The translations under genes and the position numbers were made by a program. DNA of 64,000 nucleotides from contig CAVNZM010000008.1 of NCBI GenBank assembly GCA_963693365.1, positions 4,984,310-5,048,309 of the forward strand, read 5' to 3'. The notes under the pieces were generated by a model. The model was given only the letters and a program-made list of their open reading frames with translations. It searched no databases and had not been told where the DNA came from. Positions 1-49,452 of the stretch are shown here, piece by piece. Source of the DNA: Amoebidium appalachense (Eukaryota; Protista; Ichthyosporea). How positions within the stretch are numbered: position 1 is the first letter of the stretch; the number at the start of each line of letters is the position of its first letter.

Positions 1-929
1 AACGTAGTAGGGCGAGTTTGGACGGTTGTGCCGCCATTTGCGCTTACGGTCTGCCCCTTTGCCCATTGCAACTAGGGTATGGGATGCCGGGAAGAGAGGG
101 GGAGGGGATTTGAAAGGGACGGAGGGAAGCTGCACTGGTGGTTGTTGCTGTAGCCCTCTGAGAAGGAAATGTGAAGCTCGAGAGCTTGAAAGGAGTATTT
201 GAACTGCCCCCCAAAACTTGAATTAACATTTTTTGGGCTACGTAGTGTACGTAGGGGGCCTAGTGACCCGGATAATTGAGTATGTATCTCAGTAATACTT
301 CAAAGTTTTCCTCTCCTTTCTTTATTTCTTTGTGCCGTACAGTTTAGTAACTAGCTGTATATGTACAAACGCGTCCTATTATGTCTGCTGTGCCCTACAG
401 CCGCATTCTCAGAAGCTGACAACAGCACGGAAAAAGAAAAAAAAAAAAAACTTGCAGAACTTCAGCTAATCAACGAATCACTGACCGGTCAAAGTTCTTC
501 GACACATGTGTGGGGCCTGTCACTGCTGTCAGCAGTATCTTTGCCAATGCAAAGTTTCGCAGCTCATTTGAACTGTCAAAAAAAAAAAAAAAAAAAAAAA
601 AAGGAACATAGGAAAAGAAAAGAGTTGGTGTTCGTGTGCAGCGTTCTACGTGGCAGCATGTTGGCCGATAAATCACGTGGCTCCTGAGGACCTTCAAGGG
701 TTGGGCCCGGGCCATATGAAGTGATGGCGCAATTTGATAAGCCGTATTTGGCAGGTCTTTAAACAGCAAAAACTTGTAGAAACTTATAACTTTAAGATAG
801 CGCATCTAGTGATCACGTGAAGGTTTGAAATAAACAGCTTTAAATCGAGACATGTACACCCACACACACACCCACTTACTAACCTCCTCCTCCTCCTCCT
901 CCCCTCCCCCCTCCCCCCCACCCTGCCTG

Positions 930-1008
<79 letters not shown>

Positions 1009-1074
1009 ACACACCCACCCACCCACACACACACACTCTCTCTCTCTCCCCCCCCCCCCCCCCCCCCCCCCCCC

Positions 1075-1106
<32 letters not shown>

Positions 1107-1264
1107 ACGCTTTCCACCTAACACACACGTACATACACATACCTCCACCACCACCTCAAAAAAAAAAAAAAAAAAGAGCCAGTGGCCTACATCCATGAGC
1201 TTCGGAAAATAATAGGTTTTAGCAGAAAAAGACCGGCTGGCCAATGGAGGGATGGGGTGTGTGT

Positions 1265-1322
<58 letters not shown>

Positions 1323-1519
1323 GCGGCCCGAGCTGCATTGGGCGCACGCGCGCGCGCGCGCGCGCGCGTGTGTGTGTGTGTGTATGTGTGTGTATGTGTG
1401 TGTATGTGTGTGTGTGTGTGTGTGCGTGCGCGCACGCACGAGCGTAGGTGCCCGTGTGTGTGTGTGTGTGTGTGTGTGTAGTTGGGGGGGTGGTGGTGGT
1501 GGTGGGCACCGTGGTGGTG

Positions 1520-1586
<67 letters not shown>

Positions 1587-2030
1587 GGGGGGGGGGGTCT
1601 TAACGCGTGTCAAGCGCTGGTTCATCCCGATCAACTTCTGGCATTCAAATTCTTAATCTTAAGACGAACAAGCACGGTGATATGCATCTGGACCGTCATA
1701 GAGCAAAATGTTAAAGGAACCTGCTGGGTGCAACTTGGTAGATAGTTTCCTACGGATTTTGGTCAATAAGTAAGCTATGGTCAATGTGAAGCCATATTCC
1801 GGCCTTTTTTGTTGTTGTTTTGTTTCAGCTACAAATAAAACAGCAGGCATATTTCACATTATAACGATATTCTATTCAGATTAAGTACTATCAACGAGAA
1901 CCACACATGCCTGCATGTGTTCTACGTCTTGGCAATAACCATGGACATCGATAACACAAACTACGTGTGAGTATACATGAACCGACAATCGCATTGCAAA
2001 TCGTAAGAACGAGGCTTCATAAAGAGAAAG

Positions 2031-2133
<103 letters not shown>

Positions 2134-2569
2134 TGTGTGCATGTGTGTGTGTGTGTGTGTGTGTGTGTTTGTGCGTGCGTGTGTGCATGCGTCCACGCGC
2201 GCGCGTGTGTGTTTGTGTGTGCATCATTCGTTGTGGGACCACCAAGCATGCACACATAACATACAGCAGGCCGAATGATAGGAACAGCCAGTAACTCTCT
2301 GTAGTAGTACACACTCCTAGGGTGCCAAATTCCCTGTGAACCACCCCACCAACCCAATAACCCACCTAGCGTGACGGGGCAGGGTTTAACACCATCTTCT
2401 AGCGTATGCATGGTTGAGGTGTATATGCCCTAAATTCGTATGGCAGATAGTGTGTGTACATTAGTATACGTACATATTCCTGCGTTGTCAAACAGAGCAC
2501 TGATGTGTACATATATATTTCCCTATTGCACCACATATCCTCCATATACATAAATTATAAATTATAAAT

Positions 2570-3584
2570 TTAATTTGCCAAATATAGTGTGTAGTAAGCC
2601 CAAGGTTCAGGGAAATACATCAATCCCGGGTATCTAGCCCTCAGAGGCTGGTCATCCCACAACCATGCCACCCACACCCCCACCAGCACCAGAGTGCCAG
2701 CAAACGTCAGCAGCAGATAGCGCCCATTGCTGTCCATTACATACCCTGCAGCACACAGTCACACAGTCAGCCTATTGAGAAACAACATTCAACTTGCATT
2801 GGTCCTATGCACCTCCCCCCTCCCCCTCCCCTCTCCCCCCCCCTCCCCCCACCCCCTTGCCCGGCCCCCTCCCTCCTCCCCCATCCAGGCGCGCTCAGTA
2901 TGCATGCAGGTACAGCCTCTCCCTGCCCCCCCCCCCCCCCCCCCCCTTCCCCCTCCCCCAAAGCCCCCCGCCCACTCGTCCCCTCCCCCCTCCCCTCTCC
3001 CCGAATGTCCCTCCCAGGTGCCCCCCAACCCCCCCCCCCGTGCCTTTACCCTCCGAGGCCCCTTTTGGAGAGATGGTGAGGGGAGGGGGGGGGGTCTTCC
3101 CCTCATCCTTTTTGTTTCCCCCCCCTCCCCCCTCCCCCTTTACGCCCTTCTCCCCCTACCCCCCCCCCCCCCTCCCCCCCTGCCTCTGCCCCCCAACCGC
3201 CTGCCATATGAATTGTTCGCAGTTAAACAACCCATCCGTCCCCTCGCCTCCCTCCATCCTCCATCTCCCCCCCCCCTCCCCCCTCCCCCCGGCCCCCCGC
3301 CCCTCCCCCCCCCTCCCCCCCTTCACCGAGCCCCAACCTTTGTGCATATCTAGACCCCCCTCCTTTCCTCGCTCCTGCTAATAAGCGCAAGCACAGTACC
3401 ACAGTAACTGTTTTCCAGCCCCTTCACAACCCCAAGTCTTAGATTTGTGGCTGGAAGGGTAACCTTCTACAACAATTAGGCCCCTCGGGGCTCGTACGCG
3501 CTCAAAAGACGGCAAAATGGGACAAGACGTAGATAAAAAAATGAAAACGGTGAAAACAAAAACCAAAAAAGAAAAGGCGGCGGC

Positions 3585-3638
<54 letters not shown>

Positions 3639-4446
3639 TACCTTTCCTCCAGCCGTTAGCCCAGCACAGCAACATTGCCAATGTGGTTGCAGCAAAGAGG
3701 GGCACGATCTGACCCTCTGTGGCCAGGTACCAATAGTAGAAAACATTGACAGGGAGAAGGAAAACAACACCCCATAAGGGCAGGGGGGGTGGGGTAGGAC
3801 GGGAGGGGCGCAGGCAGGCGTTGAAGTATGCCACAAGAACTGCCATATATGGAAGGTACCACATCATGTGGCCCAGGAACTCATCGTAGAAGTATAGGAG
3901 CTGGAATGACGCGAGCAGGCCTGGTGGGTTCAAATCCTTGAAAATGTTGTTGTCCTCCAAAGCAACATGGTTCTGGTAGCCGAGGTGGATGAGACGGTGG
4001 TTGACGCTGTCCCCGACAAGATGAATCGATGCGCCCATCACAAACACCACCACTAGAAGCTGGCCCACGTCACCAACACCCCTGCAAACACACACACACA
4101 CAGTGAGCCTACTGTCTATCTCTATCGCCGTGTTTTGTGTTGTGGTTGTGCATACACCAGCACTCCCATCCCCCCGTCCCCGTTCGTCTCTATTTCTTTT
4201 CCCCAGCCCTGTTTCTCAGATTGGTGTATACGTCTGCACTGCCCCCCCCTCCTCCCCCACCCCCTATCCCCCCGCGCCAGCGCCACCACCTTCCCCCTCC
4301 CCCCACCAACCCTCCTTTGCTCCCCCCCCTTCCCAACTCTTTTCCCAGCCCCGGTTGTCAAAAGCTGTATGCGGCTGCGCCCCCCCCCTCCCCCCCCGCC
4401 CCCCTCACCACCACCACCCTTCCTCTACCTTTCCCACCACCATCCC

Positions 4447-4493
<47 letters not shown>

Positions 4494-4940
4494 CCCCCCC
4501 CCCCCTTTCTTCCCCCGCCCCCCGCCCCCCGGCCCCCAAACCCTCCTATCCTTCACAATTTCACACTCCAACTCTTCCCCGCTCCTTCATATTCACTCCC
4601 TCCCTCCCCCACTCCTTCCCTCCCCATGTTCTCACCTAGGGTCCGCCCTGTTTAGAAGCTTAAGCAGCACGAATGCCGTCAAAACATTGTACGCCATGTG
4701 AAAGTAATCACCCAGGCTGGGTCTGCTGAGGGGGAACCACTCCAGCGGGGCAAGATTCATTGCCCATGGCCGCCCAAAGTCCAGAATCCAATTTTCAGCA
4801 GCAAGAAGAATCCACAAACCCACCTCGAACTGCCCCCCAACAGCAGAAGTGGTGGAAGTGGGTGCATTATCAGAGAGGATTGAGGCCTTGTTTTCTGCCG
4901 GCCCGGGTGCGTTTTTGCGGTGACGCAGTGTTGCGGCCAT
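2570..4940 (-). CDS. CLN6: CLN6-like ER membrane protein (ceroid-lipofuscinosis neuronal 6 homolog), 3 exons
   Basis: Exons 4940-4636, 4081-3642 and 2745-2570 join with GT-AG in phase to 306 aa. Recognisable CLN6 motifs: [92 protein letters not shown]. Confidence 0.93.
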
Positions 4941-5199
4941 GGTGGTGGTGTGGCCCTGTAGCGGCTGTGGCGCGGGGGCGGAACGAAGGCGTTCACCGTG
5001 CAGGCGACAGCGAGCTCGCAAGAGTTGGGGTGTGTGTATGAATGATTCTACGCCGCCCCTGAGACAGATTCTCTCTCTCTTCCCCCCTCTCTCTCTCCCT
5101 CTCTCTCTCTCTCCCCTTGTCTGCCGTGTATGTACAAATAGTGATACCTATAGGATTTTTGTGGCTGACTGTCTGGCCCTCTGGGGCGCGGTGGCTCAC

Positions 5200-5215
5200 A
5201 AAACGCGCGCCAAAA
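5200..5215 (-). promoter_or_regulatory. E2F-type site (TTTGGCGCGC) in the ~490-bp bidirectional CLN6/PP4R2 promoter
   Basis: The + strand reads aaaacgcgcgccaaaa, matching TTTSSCGC on the - strand, between two head-to-head start codons (4940 and 5430). Confidence 0.4.
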
Positions 5216-5429
5216 TTTGCACAACGAAGCTAGCCTTCCCGCGCAGCTGCAGCGCCGGGTGGAGAATGCTAACAACTGGCCGGACCCGGACAATAGGTGC
5301 TACTTAGTGAGTTATTATATATGAGTCTAAAAGGCGTCGGGGTGTGGGGGTTGTAGAGTATACACAGCGGGCGCGCACGGGGAGGGGTTGATACTACTTG
5401 AAGGGGCACAGAGACAGAGACAGACAACA

Positions 5430-9691
<4,262 letters not shown>

Positions 9692-9848
9692 GGGGCTGTA
9701 GGGGTAATGGTGGTTGTAGGGTTATAATTACGTAGAGGATTTCTAAAGGTTTTCTTAGTGTTCTTTTTTTTTGTTTGGGGGGGGGGGAGGGGGGGGGGGG
9801 GGGGGGGGGCTGAGGGGGGAGGGCAGGGTGTGCCATGGAACAGGTGTG

Positions 9849-9921
<73 letters not shown>

Positions 9922-10555
9922 GGCTATGTGAGCTAGTTGGTGATTTTTTATTTTATTATTATTATTATTATTTTTTATTTTTTTTTGGGGGGGGGGGGGG
10001 GAGTTATGATCCGTACATAATGATAGTATAAAAGAGTATTAGTGGCACATATCCCCAGTGTTGGCAGCAGGCCATGTACGAACAACCACGGGGGGAGGGG
10101 GGGGGGGGGGGGGGTGGGGGGGGTGAAGGGAGACTGCCGGGGGGAAGGGGGGGGTTAATAGTGAGTCAATGGAAATTCGGCCGGCTGCTGGCAGCAGGCA
10201 TACATACGACCAGTGGGTAATACATTTCTATGGTCGATTTCATGCGTTTGATTTTTGGAACCCCCTAAAGCCAAATTAGGTGTCTCAGTGGTGCAGTTAC
10301 TTATGTATCGTGGGGTGTCAAGTATGTGTGCCATATGCAAAATGCGCAGCCATGTGCTAACCCTTCCTCCCCCCCCCCCTCCCCCCAGCACACACGCAAC
10401 ACACCACCACCACCACCACCACCACCCAAGCACACATACACACACCACCACCACCCGGTGACACACCACCACCACCCATCAACAGACACATACGCAACAC
10501 ACAGACCACCACAACCGCCGCCCACCCAGCCACCCATCCGTGTGCCAAGACACAC

Positions 10556-10612
<57 letters not shown>

Positions 10613-11322
10613 AACCCACCACACACACACGTACACACACGTACACCCACCCACCTACCCGGCAGACACACAGAAGCGCGCGCACACACACACACTTGTA
10701 TGTCCCCTGCTTTTACTTGTGTCGTGCTGTGCCAATAACCACTACCAGAGCGGCCCAATCACTTTGCCTTAAACTTTACTGTGTCACACTCATAGTACTG
10801 CCGTGATATAAAAAATAAATAATATCATTCTCAGATAGTATAATGCTGTCATTGTTTCCAATTGCAGGCCCTTCGGGACTTCGATCGGCCAATGCCCAGC
10901 ATGCATCGATGAAAACAACCATATTTAGAATGTATGTGTGACCTGCAACCAATTAAGTCTCTGCATATGCACAAAAAGGATAATGTTACCTAAAAAAAAG
11001 TGCATTGATCCCGGGAATAATTTTTTTTATGCAACAATAAGAAAGTAGGAATATGAGTTCAACACGTGCACCACACACTGTTCTGTCATGTATACGTATG
11101 CATGGGGTCCGGGCAAAGTATGTATGTTCGTAATCGGGGTTTTCCATAAAATTCCAGTTCTTTGACCCCAGAGCGACTGTGCGCGGCAATACATTTACTG
11201 TAATAATGTACGGTAAAAATCAAAAGGAGGTTTGCCTGCAGCAGCCATATGCGTAGCCCAACATGTCTTGATGTATGCCGCATGGCCACGGTCCCTCACT
11301 GGCGTCTCATTGGCTGGTATTT

Positions 11323-24841
<13,519 letters not shown>

Positions 24842-25133
24842 GCATCAACAACTGATTGCATGCGGACGCCCCCAAGATCCTAGGTATGAATGCTTTTTAT
24901 CAAAAAGTGACTGAGATAAAGACAGCAGGATTGAAAATAGACGCAACGAAAGACAATTTTTTTAAAAAAATAAAAAAACAAAAACAAAAATATCTATGTT
25001 TAGGTGATCAAAACAGCCGGCTGTAATGTAGCAAAGGCCGATGGTATCGTGGGTCGATCAAATGGAAATCCCCGCTCCTGTGGCAGTGATATCTCTTTGG
25101 GGCCCATCTCTTCCCCCTTCCCCCCCCCCCCCC

Positions 25134-25194
<61 letters not shown>

Positions 25195-26338
25195 AACAAA
25201 AACAACACACATACACACACACACAAACTATCTTGTTGCAGGATTACCCAGGCATCCTTTTCACGCTTGCTACACGATAACAATGGACTTTGGAGAGAGC
25301 AAGTGTTATGTGCCATTAAACCTGGCTATTCGAACAACAGCAACCATGCATCACGTTAAATAAAATACATAAATTACTCTCTACCTTATCGACACCCTTG
25401 GAAACATAGGCCATGATTTGTTCCCAAGCTTTAATTTAATACCTCGCTGACTGGAGCTCTGCGCTCTACCGTCCTTTTTCCGTCGGCCAAGGCACTGCCT
25501 ACTAGTAGCAGGCCGGCAAAGCACATAAGCGTTGCTGGTCGCATATTCTCTATCTTTATGTTCAATGTTACAGTGCGCTATTGGTCACTTGAATAGTGTT
25601 TATCAGTAATGGTCAACAAGGAAACAAACAGTCGTCTATGTACGGCTCAACCTTGCAAAAAGAATATTTGATATAACTTGCTCGGAGCATTCCCGTACGT
25701 AGGCGTGTGCCTGTGTGCCTGCACTAATCAGGCGCACAGCGTAACCTCCATGCGAGGCACACGGAAGCGACTGTGTCACGGAAAATGGAGGGGTGCGCTG
25801 TGCTAGCGCATGCACATGTACACACACACACGCAGCACACACATGCTGGGGTGACATGGGCTCTGACAGCACCCAACCCGTCATGAATCATGATCATGAT
25901 CACGCAAGAAAGCTCGAAAGGTCATAAATCGGCGCCAGCCTACATGGAAAAAACATGTATGCCTCCCCTGTAGTCCTCTGAAAATCCGCCACATGGCCCA
26001 CCCAGTGATTTGCAGGGCGCTACCAATCTATTTGCCAATCATCGCGTGCCAAATAGATCCAACGAGCTGGTAGTTGCCAGTGCGACGCTGCCTTCCAGCA
26101 GCTTCTTCTGGCTCTCATGGAGGGGCGTCGAGGCTCGCTCCCGGGCCTCGCTGCGCTCGGCCCGGGGCTCATACCCTCCTTCCCTTCCTCCCTCTGCCTT
26201 CCCATCTATTCCCCTTTTCTCCTCCTCCCCCCCCTTCCCCTCTCTCGTTTCCTCCCCCTCCCCCCTTTTTTTGTGCCACGTATGTGTGTTTGGCTGGCCC
26301 CAAATTTACCCATTGTGTGTGTGTGTGTGTGTGTGACA

Positions 26339-26419
<81 letters not shown>

Positions 26420-27298
26420 GTGTGTACAGCAGATGGGAAACAAACGTTTTCCAAAAACGTATTTGATCGGGGGGAGGGGGGGGGAGGGGAGGGGGAGGGT
26501 TATTTCTCTAGCCCTTTTTTTTTTGAGTCAGTAACTGCCCTGGGGGGGGGGGAGATGGCTGGGGGGGAGGTGCATGTGTGAGAGCTAGGACATTCAATGC
26601 AGATTCTTCTGGTCGTGTTTGGACGGACGGTGGTAAGCCCCAAATGAGGGGTGTGATGAAGCTCTCCTTCTTCCCCGGGCACAAATACAAATAAACCCCG
26701 CAAAAGTGTACGTGTGACTTTGGACTGCCACTTACTTATTAGACATGTACACAATCACAAGATAATTACGCGATTTAAAAATTGCAAATGGAAAAAGATA
26801 CCACACGACCCCAGACCCGATGAAAGCATACACCTTGAAAAACTAAGCCTTCATGATGTCCCGTTTTATATATAATGACCACCTTAACCATATTGCCAAA
26901 TATGGCACTCGCAAAAGTGTAACACCTATATACATATTACCTTCCTGTAGAATTGGTCTCTCTCTAGCTGATGGTATTAATGATCACATACCACGCTTTT
27001 ACTGTACACGTGCTATACAGTGGAGGTCTAATAAGGTCTAATAAGTATAAGGTGGCATCTTTTGCATGCCCAAACAACACACACACACACCAGTTTAAAC
27101 GGTCATGTATCGCCAAATGTAGTTTGATAGACCACATAATACCGCAACACACACACGTCACATTCACAACAGACACCCAGAAATGTAGCCTACCTGAAAA
27201 TTACAACATCCTTGATTTTATACTAAACACGCGTACTAACTACGACCTGTTTATTAGATGTATTGATTGGCTTGAGAAACACATCATTACAAATTCTA

Positions 27299-27355
<57 letters not shown>

Positions 27356-27971
27356 ACCAGCTGATACCGAGAGTCCCAGGGAGCCCGGAAAAAAAAAAAA
27401 AGAAAAAGAAAAAAAAAAAAACGGGGAACCCCAACTAATTGATTTCTCTTAGTCTTTATGGTGTCTCGTAGAGAAAGTTTGAAACCCTGATATATAATCA
27501 TCACCCGACATCTATGTACGTGATCATGATATACCGCTGAGGGGATATTCCGAGCAAAACCCCCCCATACCTGAGACTGGTCTCTCTTTGCCTCGAGTAA
27601 ACAGCGTAAACCCCCCAAAGCTACTTCCTACTAGTACTTCTACCCTATCAGGTTGAAGTATTGGGTTTCCTAATACGGCATTCTGATTGGCTGCAGGAGA
27701 ACGGATAGACCTGCATGGATAGGGGTGCATTGGTCTTAGTACTGTTGCGGCTGCTACAAAGACTGCTACAGTACTTCTCTGTTTGCCAGGTGGCTCCTTT
27801 GTCCCGTTCGTGTCTCTGAATAACATGTTTCGTTGAGGGCGTAGAAAATTTTAATTATGCCAAGTATTGGGTTAGAAGGAACGGACAGGAGTTCAAAGAA
27901 TGATCTCTGCAGTCTACGACGTCGACATGTAGGGGTGGATGAGAGAGCGTGTGTTGTGTTGTGTTCTATGC

Positions 27972-28026
<55 letters not shown>

Positions 28027-28087
28027 TACCTCTCTCTTTGCTCTCTCTCTCTCTCTCTCTCTCGCTCTCTCCCTCTCTCTCTCTCCC

Positions 28088-28122
<35 letters not shown>

Positions 28123-28310
28123 TACCTCTCTCTCTGTCTCTCTCTCTCTCTCTCTCTCGCTCTCTCCCTCTCTCTCTCTCCCTCTCTCTCCCTCTCTCCC
28201 TCTCTCTCTCTCTCTCTCTCCCTCCCTCCCTGTGTGTGTATGTGTGTTTGACAATGTGTCTGTGAGTGAGTTGTGTGTGAGTGAGTGAGTGTGTATGAGT
28301 GAGTGAGTGA

Positions 28311-28355
<45 letters not shown>

Positions 28356-28528
28356 CGTGTGCCCTTGCGCAGGTGTTGATGGGTACCTGTAAGTTCAAGC
28401 AAGTTGGGGGGAGGGGAGAAGGGGGAGGGGGGGTGAGAGAGAGAGAGGGAGAGAGGGAGAGGGAGGGAGAGGGAGAGGGAGAGGGAGAGGGAGAGGGAGG
28501 GGGACGGGGAGGGGGACGGGGAGGGAGG

Positions 28529-28560
<32 letters not shown>

Positions 28561-28966
28561 GAGCGTTCATGCAAAACAATATCCGTATTCAGATCTCAGC
28601 CTCTCACGCTGAGGGCTGTCAAGTCGAAACATTTTACTGCCATCCCTGGGTCCATCGACTGCAGGGGAAAACTGCTACATTTCTACTCGTACAGATTCCG
28701 AGTGGGGGGTCGACCCTACAGGGCCTATACCCCAGGCTAGACTCACCCCATATGCATCCATATGTACACAGCTATCCCATACGTAGCTGAGGTAGCAGCG
28801 AGGAAAAAAAAAAATACAATGGAATCCTACAGTTACCATATAAGGTTGGTCCGATCAACCGGATTTGGCCTCCGATCATCTCTACCGCGTGCACACATTG
28901 CGCCTTCATACATACCATACCTACGTGCATACCCCCCCCCCCCCCCCCTCATTCATTGGTTCCTTG

Positions 28967-41774
<12,808 letters not shown>

Positions 41775-42377
41775 GTTGCCTGTGTGCGTGTGCGTGTGTG
41801 TGCGTGTCCCTGTCTCAATGCCTGTCTGCTATGTGGTTCCACTCTGTATTTCTGCCCGTAAGCGGCTGATAGTGCTCTCGCAGAGGCAACCCCACCCTTT
41901 CCCGCTTTGTGTGTCTGTTATGGTTTGTGTTTGCCTGTCTGCCTGCCTGCCTGCCTGCCCGCCGCAGGCCTAAAGCCCCCTCACCTCCCCTACAAACTGT
42001 AGTTCAAGGTGTACCAAAACGGCCCTCGCCCTCAATGTACATAAACGCGAATGATCGCGCGCGCCCACTGATATCACTGGTGCGTTATCACACGTTTGAC
42101 GCACACAGACACGCACACTTCTTGCCTTCACGCACAGAGAAACACTAACACTGTCGCTGCATACAAACAAACATTCTCTGGCAACTATATGTACCTTGCT
42201 TCTAGCTTCCTAGGTTAGTTCAGCTGTGCTTGTGATCAGCGACGCGCAAGACACAGGCATAGATAGCACAGCGACGCCATCACCCAAGCAACACGCTCAC
42301 ACAAGCACAGGCTTGCTGTTACAGGCAAATACACACACACGCGCGCGTGTTGTGGCAATGCGCGCACCCACACACCG

Positions 42378-46126
<3,749 letters not shown>

Positions 46127-46697
46127 CTCCGTGTACCTATTTTTAGCTGGGCCCTGTCTGTGCTTTTTGGCACGGCGTCCCCACGTGCAACATCTGGGCC
46201 AGTGGCCTTTGCACGTGCAGATAAGATCTTCGATGCTTCCGATTAGCCATGCTATTTATGGGTGTGGGGGGTTATATTTATTGTTGGGCCTAGAGGGCCA
46301 GAGCGCAGGGTTGTGTGATTCGAATCACAGGCCCTTCGCAAAAGTAAAGCAGTGAACGGGTTGGTCGGCCCGGTGTACAGTGTCAACACGTACACGTGTC
46401 TGGATGTACATGTGTGTGGTGGATTTGTGCCTGTGTGTTGTGTGTGCACGTGTGTATGTGTGGTGTGTGATCATGTCCGGCATACGTGCTTGATGGCGCT
46501 GCATTTGAAAAGGTTACTAAGTGAGAACACTGCAGTCACCGTGACCATGTTGGTCAGTGCCTGCATGTTGGCGTCGGTGTTGTGTTTTGTGCTTGTGTAA
46601 TTATATAATATAATAATAACTTGGCGCGCTTGCGCCGGTTGTGTTTGGAAAAAGGGTAGACTCCACACTATTCCTACTTTTTTGGTTGCTTTATAAG

Positions 46698-46731
<34 letters not shown>

Positions 46732-47403
46732 CCTGCGCCAAAACTTCCCACCTCGAATGATTACCATTTAGGGTGAATCAGTTTGATTGCACACGCATTA
46801 TTGGTTGATGCAACTCTCTCTCGATATAGCGAGATTCTTACCTTTTTGGTTGTTTTATTACTCAGTGGGTAGGCCCTACGAACTAGGACTTATACCGGGA
46901 AATCAAAATTTTGCGGCTTTTAAATTTTGAGCAGCATCTGCATACATACACCGCTGCCCCTTGCCTGCACGTGGTTCTAGAGTGTACAAAAGTGAAATTG
47001 ATGTGGAATATCACAGAGAGCCTGAGAGCCTTCGTGCTATGCAGCCACAATACCATCTGACTGATATCTCACATTCGACAGTAAGGGTTCAATACAGTGC
47101 AAGGATATGCATAATATGGGCCTAAGGTGGGGAGAGGGCTAGGCTAAGTGCTTACATACACCCTTTTTTGTGCTGCAATGCGGCTGACGCATATAGTGCA
47201 TTGATAAAAAGATTGGATCTCCTGGAACCTGTGGTGGTGGTGGCTGCGGTGGTAGGCAATGTGGCCCTGCCCCTAGCTCTATCATAACCATCATAATAAC
47301 GTCCCCGATCAACCGTCCGTATCTGACCCCGGCAAATATTACCATATCCCCCCCCCCCCCCCCCCCTCCCCCCCCCCCCCCCCCCAAGAGGCTCAACGTT
47401 AAC

Positions 47404-47789
47404 CACATCGGCAGAGTCAACCTGCAAAAAGCAGAATTATCCTGCAGAAAGCAGAAATATTGTGTTAAAAGGCAGAATTATTCAATAATATTGTAACAAG
47501 CAGAATTGTTCTGCGAAAAGCAGAACTATTCAATAGGGAAAATTATTCTGCTTTCGGCAGCAGAATAAACAGTGCCGCTAACTAATTATAAGCAGAATAA
47601 ATTTAATTTAGCAGGCGGAGAATAATTCTGCTGTTTACAGGATAATTCTGCTTTTGCTGAATGATTCTGCTCTTAGCAGGATAATTCTGCTTTTTGCACA
47701 ATAATTCTGATTTTTGCACAACAATTCTGCATTTTGAAGAACAATCCTGAGCTTTTTGTATGTAAGTTCAACTTGACTCTACCGATGTG
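47404..47789. mobile_element. MITE/foldback-like element
   Basis: 17-bp terminal inverted repeats (cacatcggcagagtcaa at 47404-47420; ttgactctaccgatgtg at 47773-47789, 1 mismatch) enclose multiple GCAGAATTAT motifs that flip orientation near the centre. No clear TSD. Confidence 0.72.
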
Positions 47790-47791
47790 TT

Positions 47792-47834
<43 letters not shown>

Positions 47835-48375
47835 CACACACACACACCACCACCACCACCACCACCACCCACCGACCCAACTCTTTCCCCGGGTTCCAAA
47901 CTGTAAAAAATAAAAAAAAAATAAAAAATGAAAACCACCCGCCGCCGCCACCACCACCACCACGACGTGCACCAAACTCATTATGTAATTTAATATATAT
48001 TATATATAAGCCTTCACTCAAAAGCTTATAACTGCGTCATTCACAACTATGATTCGATGTGTTTTTCTTTTGCGTGTTCGAGACTCAGACTGTCCGGCCG
48101 ACACTCCTGAACCAATAGTAATGCGGGCTCGGACTAGCAGCTTACAGAAGGCGTGAAGCAAAAGGTTGGCAGGACACACACGATTTCTTGCGCGAGTAGA
48201 CTTAAAAACGATGAATTTAGGGCATGATGCCACACACCCTTAAACAGTCTGCTGACTATTATGTATTGAGCACTCAAGGGAACATAACATACATGTACAG
48301 TACCAGTACATCACATAGATTCTCGATCAAAATCTCTCTCTCCCTCTCTCCCTCTCTCCCTCTCCCTCTCTCCCC

Positions 48376-48416
<41 letters not shown>

Positions 48417-48422
48417 CCCCCC

Positions 48423-48475
<53 letters not shown>

Positions 48476-48517
48476 CCTCTCTCTCTCTCTCCCCCTTTCT
48501 CTCTCTCTCTAGCTAGA

Positions 48518-48656
<139 letters not shown>

Positions 48657-48678
48657 ACTCTCTCTCTCTAGCTAGATC

Positions 48679-48793
<115 letters not shown>

Positions 48794-49395
48794 CCCCTTC
48801 TCTCCCTCTCTGCACTTTCGCCACCTCTCTCCCCCCTTTCCCCCTCCACGTATACCGTGACAGTGGCGGACGACACTGCCCACCTCCCTCCCCTCCTCTC
48901 CCGTCCCTCTTTGACCTTTTTCTCCAAAGTTTAGGTTTCTCTCCCCCCTCCCTTCCCCCCTTTCCCCTCCCCCCCCCTCCCTCACCCCCCCCTTCCCCCC
49001 TCCACCCTCCCCGCACGCCTTTCCCCCACCTCTCTCTGTCTTTGGATCTCAGATCTCTCCTCTTCTTTCCTGCCCCTCCCCCTGAGCCCCTCCCCTCCCC
49101 TCTCCCAGTCGCAGTGTCAACTTGATTGTGTTTACCCATAGAAAGCATCTTTAAAAACGGAAAAGAGTAGCCTGCACAAAAGGATAAAAAACTTGTAGAT
49201 ATCAAATGTATCGGCTTTCTCGAGTAAATAAACTTTGCCTGGTACACTGCCGGTATGAGTGTTTGATAAAAGGCTATGGCGCCAAACAGCTGAGCTGCAG
49301 CAGCCATAATATACTATAGATCCGTCACGTTACCCATTCGCCGAAGTGACGTTTAGTGACATTTATTTAGATCGTGGACCTAATTAGATTGAGGA

Positions 49396-49452
49396 GCCGC
49401 TGTAAGCTCGAGGCCTCGCCTTTGACGCAAGAGGTATTGGGTTCGAAACCCC
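49396..49452 (+). pseudogene. tRNA-derived fragment (pseudo-tRNA or SINE head)
   Basis: ctcgc-ctttgac-gcaag-aggt-attgggttcgaaaccc resembles a tRNA anticodon arm, variable loop and T-arm with a good B box. The D-arm is degenerate and the 3' acceptor strand is replaced by poly-C. Confidence 0.45.

Noticed and set aside
44-229. Possible first exon of a - strand gene ending at GTAAG
   Set aside because: No recognisable homology and truncated by the window edge.
25000-28900. Short complex ORFs between ABCG and the C1-VASt gene (e.g. 26040-26170, 27524-27826)
   Set aside because: No coherent splice chain or motif; possibly transposon remnants, but unsupported.
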